Shown here: positions 60,140-64,000 of the stretch, one piece after another
How positions within the stretch are numbered: the stretch's first letter is position 1
How the letters are laid out: each line of letters opens with the position of its first letter
Source of the DNA: Bugula neritina
Taxonomy: Eukaryota > Animalia > Bryozoa
DNA length: 64,000 nucleotides
Direction: 5' to 3'
Assembly (NCBI GenBank): GCA_964035545.1
Contig: OZ037773.1
Span: 10,383,751-10,447,750, forward strand
The notes under the pieces: generated by a model
Databases searched by the model: none
What the model was told of the DNA's origin: nothing
Seen by the model: the letters and a program-made list of their open reading frames with translations, nothing else
Translations under genes and position numbers: made by a program

Positions 60140-60898
60140 ATGTTTTACTAGTATAGTCTGTGGTCCTGTGTTTTACTACTAGTATAGTCTGTGTTCCTGT
60201 GTTTTACTAGTATAGTCTGTGGTCCTGTGTTTTACTATTAGTATAGTCTGTGTTCCTGTGTTTTACTACTAGTATAATCTGTGTTCCTGTGTTTTACTAT
60301 TAGTATAGTCTGTGGTCCTGTGTTTTACTACTAGTATAGTCTGTGTTCCTGTGTTTTACTACTAGTATAGTCTGTGTTCCTGTGTTTTACTACTAGTATA
60401 GTCTGTGTTCCTGTGTTTTACTACTAGTATAGTCTGTGTTCCTGTGTTTTACTAGTATAGTCTGTGTTCCTGTGTTTTACTATTAGTATAGTCTATGTTC
60501 CTGTGTTTTACTAGTATAGACTGTGTTCCTGTGTTTTACTAGTATAGACTGTGTTCCTGTGTTTTACTACTAGTATAGACTGTGTTCCTGTGTTTTACTA
60601 CTAGTAAAGTCTGTGTTCCTGTGTTTTACTAGTATAGTCTGTGTTCCTGTGTTTTACTACTAGTATAGTCTGTGTTCCTGTGTTTTACTAGTATAGACTG
60701 TGTTCCTGTGTTTTACTACTAGTATAGTCTGTGTTCCTATGTTTTACTACTAGTATAGTCTGTGTTCCTGTGTTTTACTACTAGTATAGTCTGTGTTCCT
60801 GTGTTTTACTAGTATAGTCTGTGGTCCTGTGTTTTACTATTAGTATAGTCTGTGTTCCTATGTTTTACTACTAGTATAGTCTGTGTTCCTGTGTTTTA
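60140..60898. repeat. 28-31-bp minisatellite (AGTATAGTCTGTGTTCCTGTGTTTTACT[ACT])n
   Basis: About 25 copies downstream of FH. Confidence 0.95.
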
Positions 60899-61255
60899 TA
60901 GCCTACGTTCTCAACCAAAGCATTTTATTTATTATCTAGCTAAATACTGTACTAATCATAATGTGTCAAATAAACTTTTTGAGAAACACCTTTTCTGTTG
61001 TTATATTAATAGATGTGAGATATCCCACTGTAACTCAGTGCTGTCTACTTGAATATGTTAGCAGAAGCAACTTGCAGATATATTCCTGGACTATATAACA
61101 GTTGGCGAACTGAACCTTCACACTGCATAACACAGCCTACATAGCCAGCTAAAGTATAAAAGTGACAACTTCCCATCACCCAGTTTATTTTATTTTTCAA
61201 TTTTTGAAGAAAAAGCATAAGTAATTATGCAAACAGTGTAACATAGTAAAAAAGA

Positions 61256-61265
<10 letters not shown>

Positions 61266-61320
<55 letters not shown>
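61266..61320. repeat. (TA)n microsatellite
   Basis: Seen directly. Confidence 0.9.
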
Positions 61321-61322
<2 letters not shown>

Positions 61323-62234
61323 AAAAATACATATTGGTAATAACAACTTGTGTAGTGCATGTAACAGTTCAAATTATATAATTGTGAATTTAGTGTTCTC
61401 TGGTAATCATATTCAACTACATTTGTAATAAAATTAAAAGGAGCTATTAAAATGATAATCAATTAAAAGCAAACATAAAAAAGCATGAAAGTAATTTAGC
61501 AGAGTCATATATTATAATATAAGCATAGAAAATATTTTCTATTTACTCACACTGGTTAAAATGTATTTTAAATTTACAATGCCATATGACATTGTAATTG
61601 TATTATGGACCACAGTTATATGACACACTGTAAACGCTCAGCAATACTAATAGTTGAAATAGTTTTATATATAGTCCCATCAGCCAGATATATGTGCCAA
61701 GATCATAACCTGTCCTTGATGATGTCATACTGGATGACAGGAACAGTGGTTAGGCTTTACTTTCTCTCATATGAGTCCGGTCGGTCTATGAAATATATTG
61801 AAGATATTGCATTGTGGATAGAAAAACATTACATTATAATATAGCTTAATTTATAAAGACTCTATTATATTATAATAGAGTGTCTTTCTATTTTAATTAT
61901 GTAAAGCGGCCGTGATTTAGGGGTTAGAGTGTAGAGTGCTGGCTTAGTAAACATGAAGTCATGGATTAGAACTCAACAAAGTCCATTGCAGGTGATGTTA
62001 GGTTATAATTGCTCCTGTGCCTCATTAGAAAAGTTTTTAGTTTGCTTTAAAAACAACCTTTTCTCTCTCAGGGTTCATACAGGGATAATGACTATAAACT
62101 TGCGTGACTTTTTTATATCACTTCATAATATTATATATAGCCTTTTTTTAGATGTTGATTTTTAAAAATGTAAGAAATTGTTTTATTCTATATTCTTGAA
62201 TCTTACTTTTATTCAGATAAGGTTGCTGCAAGTC

Positions 62235-63709
62235 TTATCTATGTTCTGCATTATTACCCTCTGCATCTAGTGTTCCTGTAAAAGAAATTAACATTTCAAT
62301 TAATTTCTTTGCAGCAGTCTGCCTATGAGGTCAAAAACTATTCTCAAAAAAAATGTTTTTGCTATATTGACTGAACTTATAAGGATTATAAATAGCAATT
62401 ATGCATAATTATGACACCTAGTGTGACACCTAGAGTGACACTTGTGATACCTAATGCGGCAGCTAGTAGTGTGACGCTTGTTGTGACGCTTAGTATGACT
62501 GGCTTCATGTCGCTTTAAATACAGTTTATTCTCAATCACAGTAAACAACTTTAATTCAAAGCAATAAACTAAAATAATAATTTTGTATAAATATATTATA
62601 TAAGATTTAAGTATTTCACAAGTATCATAGGTATTTACAGGCATGCAGCCACAAGTCTGTAGAATTCTTACATCATATATAAAATCTATCAAATTTTTAG
62701 GAAACCATTCCAGGGTTCTTCTACTGCTCCTATTTCCAGGTTTATACGAGTAATACTTTATATTTTAGCTAGTTTTTTGGAATTGTTAAGCACTAATCAT
62801 TTACCAGTTCTGGCTTCATCTGCTTCTTTCTCTCCATCTTCAGCCGTTTGCTGTGATTGTTTAACAACCACACGTATGTTCTGTACATACAAATAGGAAT
62901 ATGTTATATGAGATGATCAATAGGAACAATTTATACACACTATAAACAGGTAGCCTACATTAAAATGTTATGCACTTATTCATTACAACAAATTTACATT
63001 AATGCAGTTTTAAAACTGCTGAATCCTAAGTTTTTTTATGCTTTAGTTACAATAGAAAGATGCAGTAAATTTTATTATGATATATGGCTATTATTTGTAT
63101 TGGAACAAAACTTTGCTCTTTTAATTTCATAGTGATTATAAATACTATAAATGCTTTCCCTGAACTATTTTTAAAAAGAATTTTACAATTATCGCGTTTA
63201 TATAACAGTTTGCGTTTAATCCAAATATTTACTGGGTGATATACTTAAGTCTGACCAAACTTTAGAAAAGAAAATCATTACTATTTTATTATACGTACAA
63301 TTGTAGAATAATAGCTATAAAAATATTTTTCAAGAAAAAATACATGCTAGAAGCACGTGAGGGTGATTTTATACAACACATTAAACTAGTTCCAGCAACC
63401 GCTTATAACACATGTCAGCTTATTATTTTAAACAACTTATTTAAATTGAAAAACTTGCTTAGCTTTAAAAATTATACCTTCATCTCCCAATCTATATCAT
63501 CCTGGGTTTGTTCAAGCTGTTTAAAAGTTTTAGATCTCATCTCTTCTTCCAACTTTTGCTCTTTCAACGTCTGTATATGCCCCCTAGCAATCTTGGTTCT
63601 TTCAGCTATTCTATCTCGAGCGTCCATAATATCTTCTTGCAGGTCACGATACTGTCCATCAAGTTTTCTATAACTTAATCTTTCATTATCCAACTTTTGC
63701 TGCAGATCT
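62235..63709 (-). CDS. 3' part of an uncharacterised coiled-coil protein gene extending beyond the right edge
   Basis: Exons 63709-63478 (DLQQKLDNERLSYRKLDGQYRDLQEDIMDARDRIAER..EMK), 62880-62805 (NIRVVVKQSQQTAEDGEKEADEART), 62275-62235 (GTLDAEGNNAEHR*); heptad-like charged sequence with consistent phases. Confidence 0.65.
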
Positions 63710-64000
63710 CTGTTTAAATAGATCAGTAACCGATTACTTACAATTACATTAACAATCTAACTGTAGTAACAGAGTTGTGCTAAACGTAAAAACCCTCCTG
63801 TTCATGCAGTCACTATTGCTATAAATTAGAGACAATATATAGGTATATAAAACTAAACTTCAACTTTCCTATTTTCAACATCTAAATGTATACATATTTC
63901 ATCTATGTGACTATTTATACTCGTACTTAGTAAAAATAAAATATTATAAACAATGTATATCAGAAAAACAAAAAAATAATTTGGAAAATGTGAAAACGTA

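Overview
AT-rich, intron-containing animal genomic DNA, probably a marine invertebrate (lophotrochozoan-like; the lineage is an inference), with minisatellite-filled introns. All gene models were built by hand from splice sites and phases. Left to right: (1) two tandem minus-strand paralogues encoding PAN/apple-like + Cys-rich + CTHRC1-C-terminal-domain proteins with no collagen helix; the second carries three CTHRC1-like domains. (2) An apparently complete 5.4-kb PIF/Harbinger transposon (15-bp TIRs, TTA TSD, DDE transposase, convergent MADF-BESS gene) inside an intron of the second paralogue. (3) A 13-exon PLEKHD1 orthologue. (4) A ~1,615-aa protein with a GlnD/GlnE/DUF294-type nucleotidyltransferase domain fused to ~20 TPRs, mostly in one 4.7-kb exon. 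(5) A two-exon orphan membrane protein. (6) A two-exon CS-alpha-beta defensin missed by the ORF track. (7) A COMTD1/CCoAOMT-like O-methyltransferase. (8) A degenerate 5.3-kb Kolobok transposon (TTAA TSD, KolX remnant). (9) An 11-exon class II fumarase with no evident mitochondrial presequence. (10) The 3' end of a coiled-coil gene. The strongest novelty candidates are the NTase-TPR protein (a possible innate-immune sensor/enzyme), the neighbouring defensin and the multi-CTHRC1-domain family.
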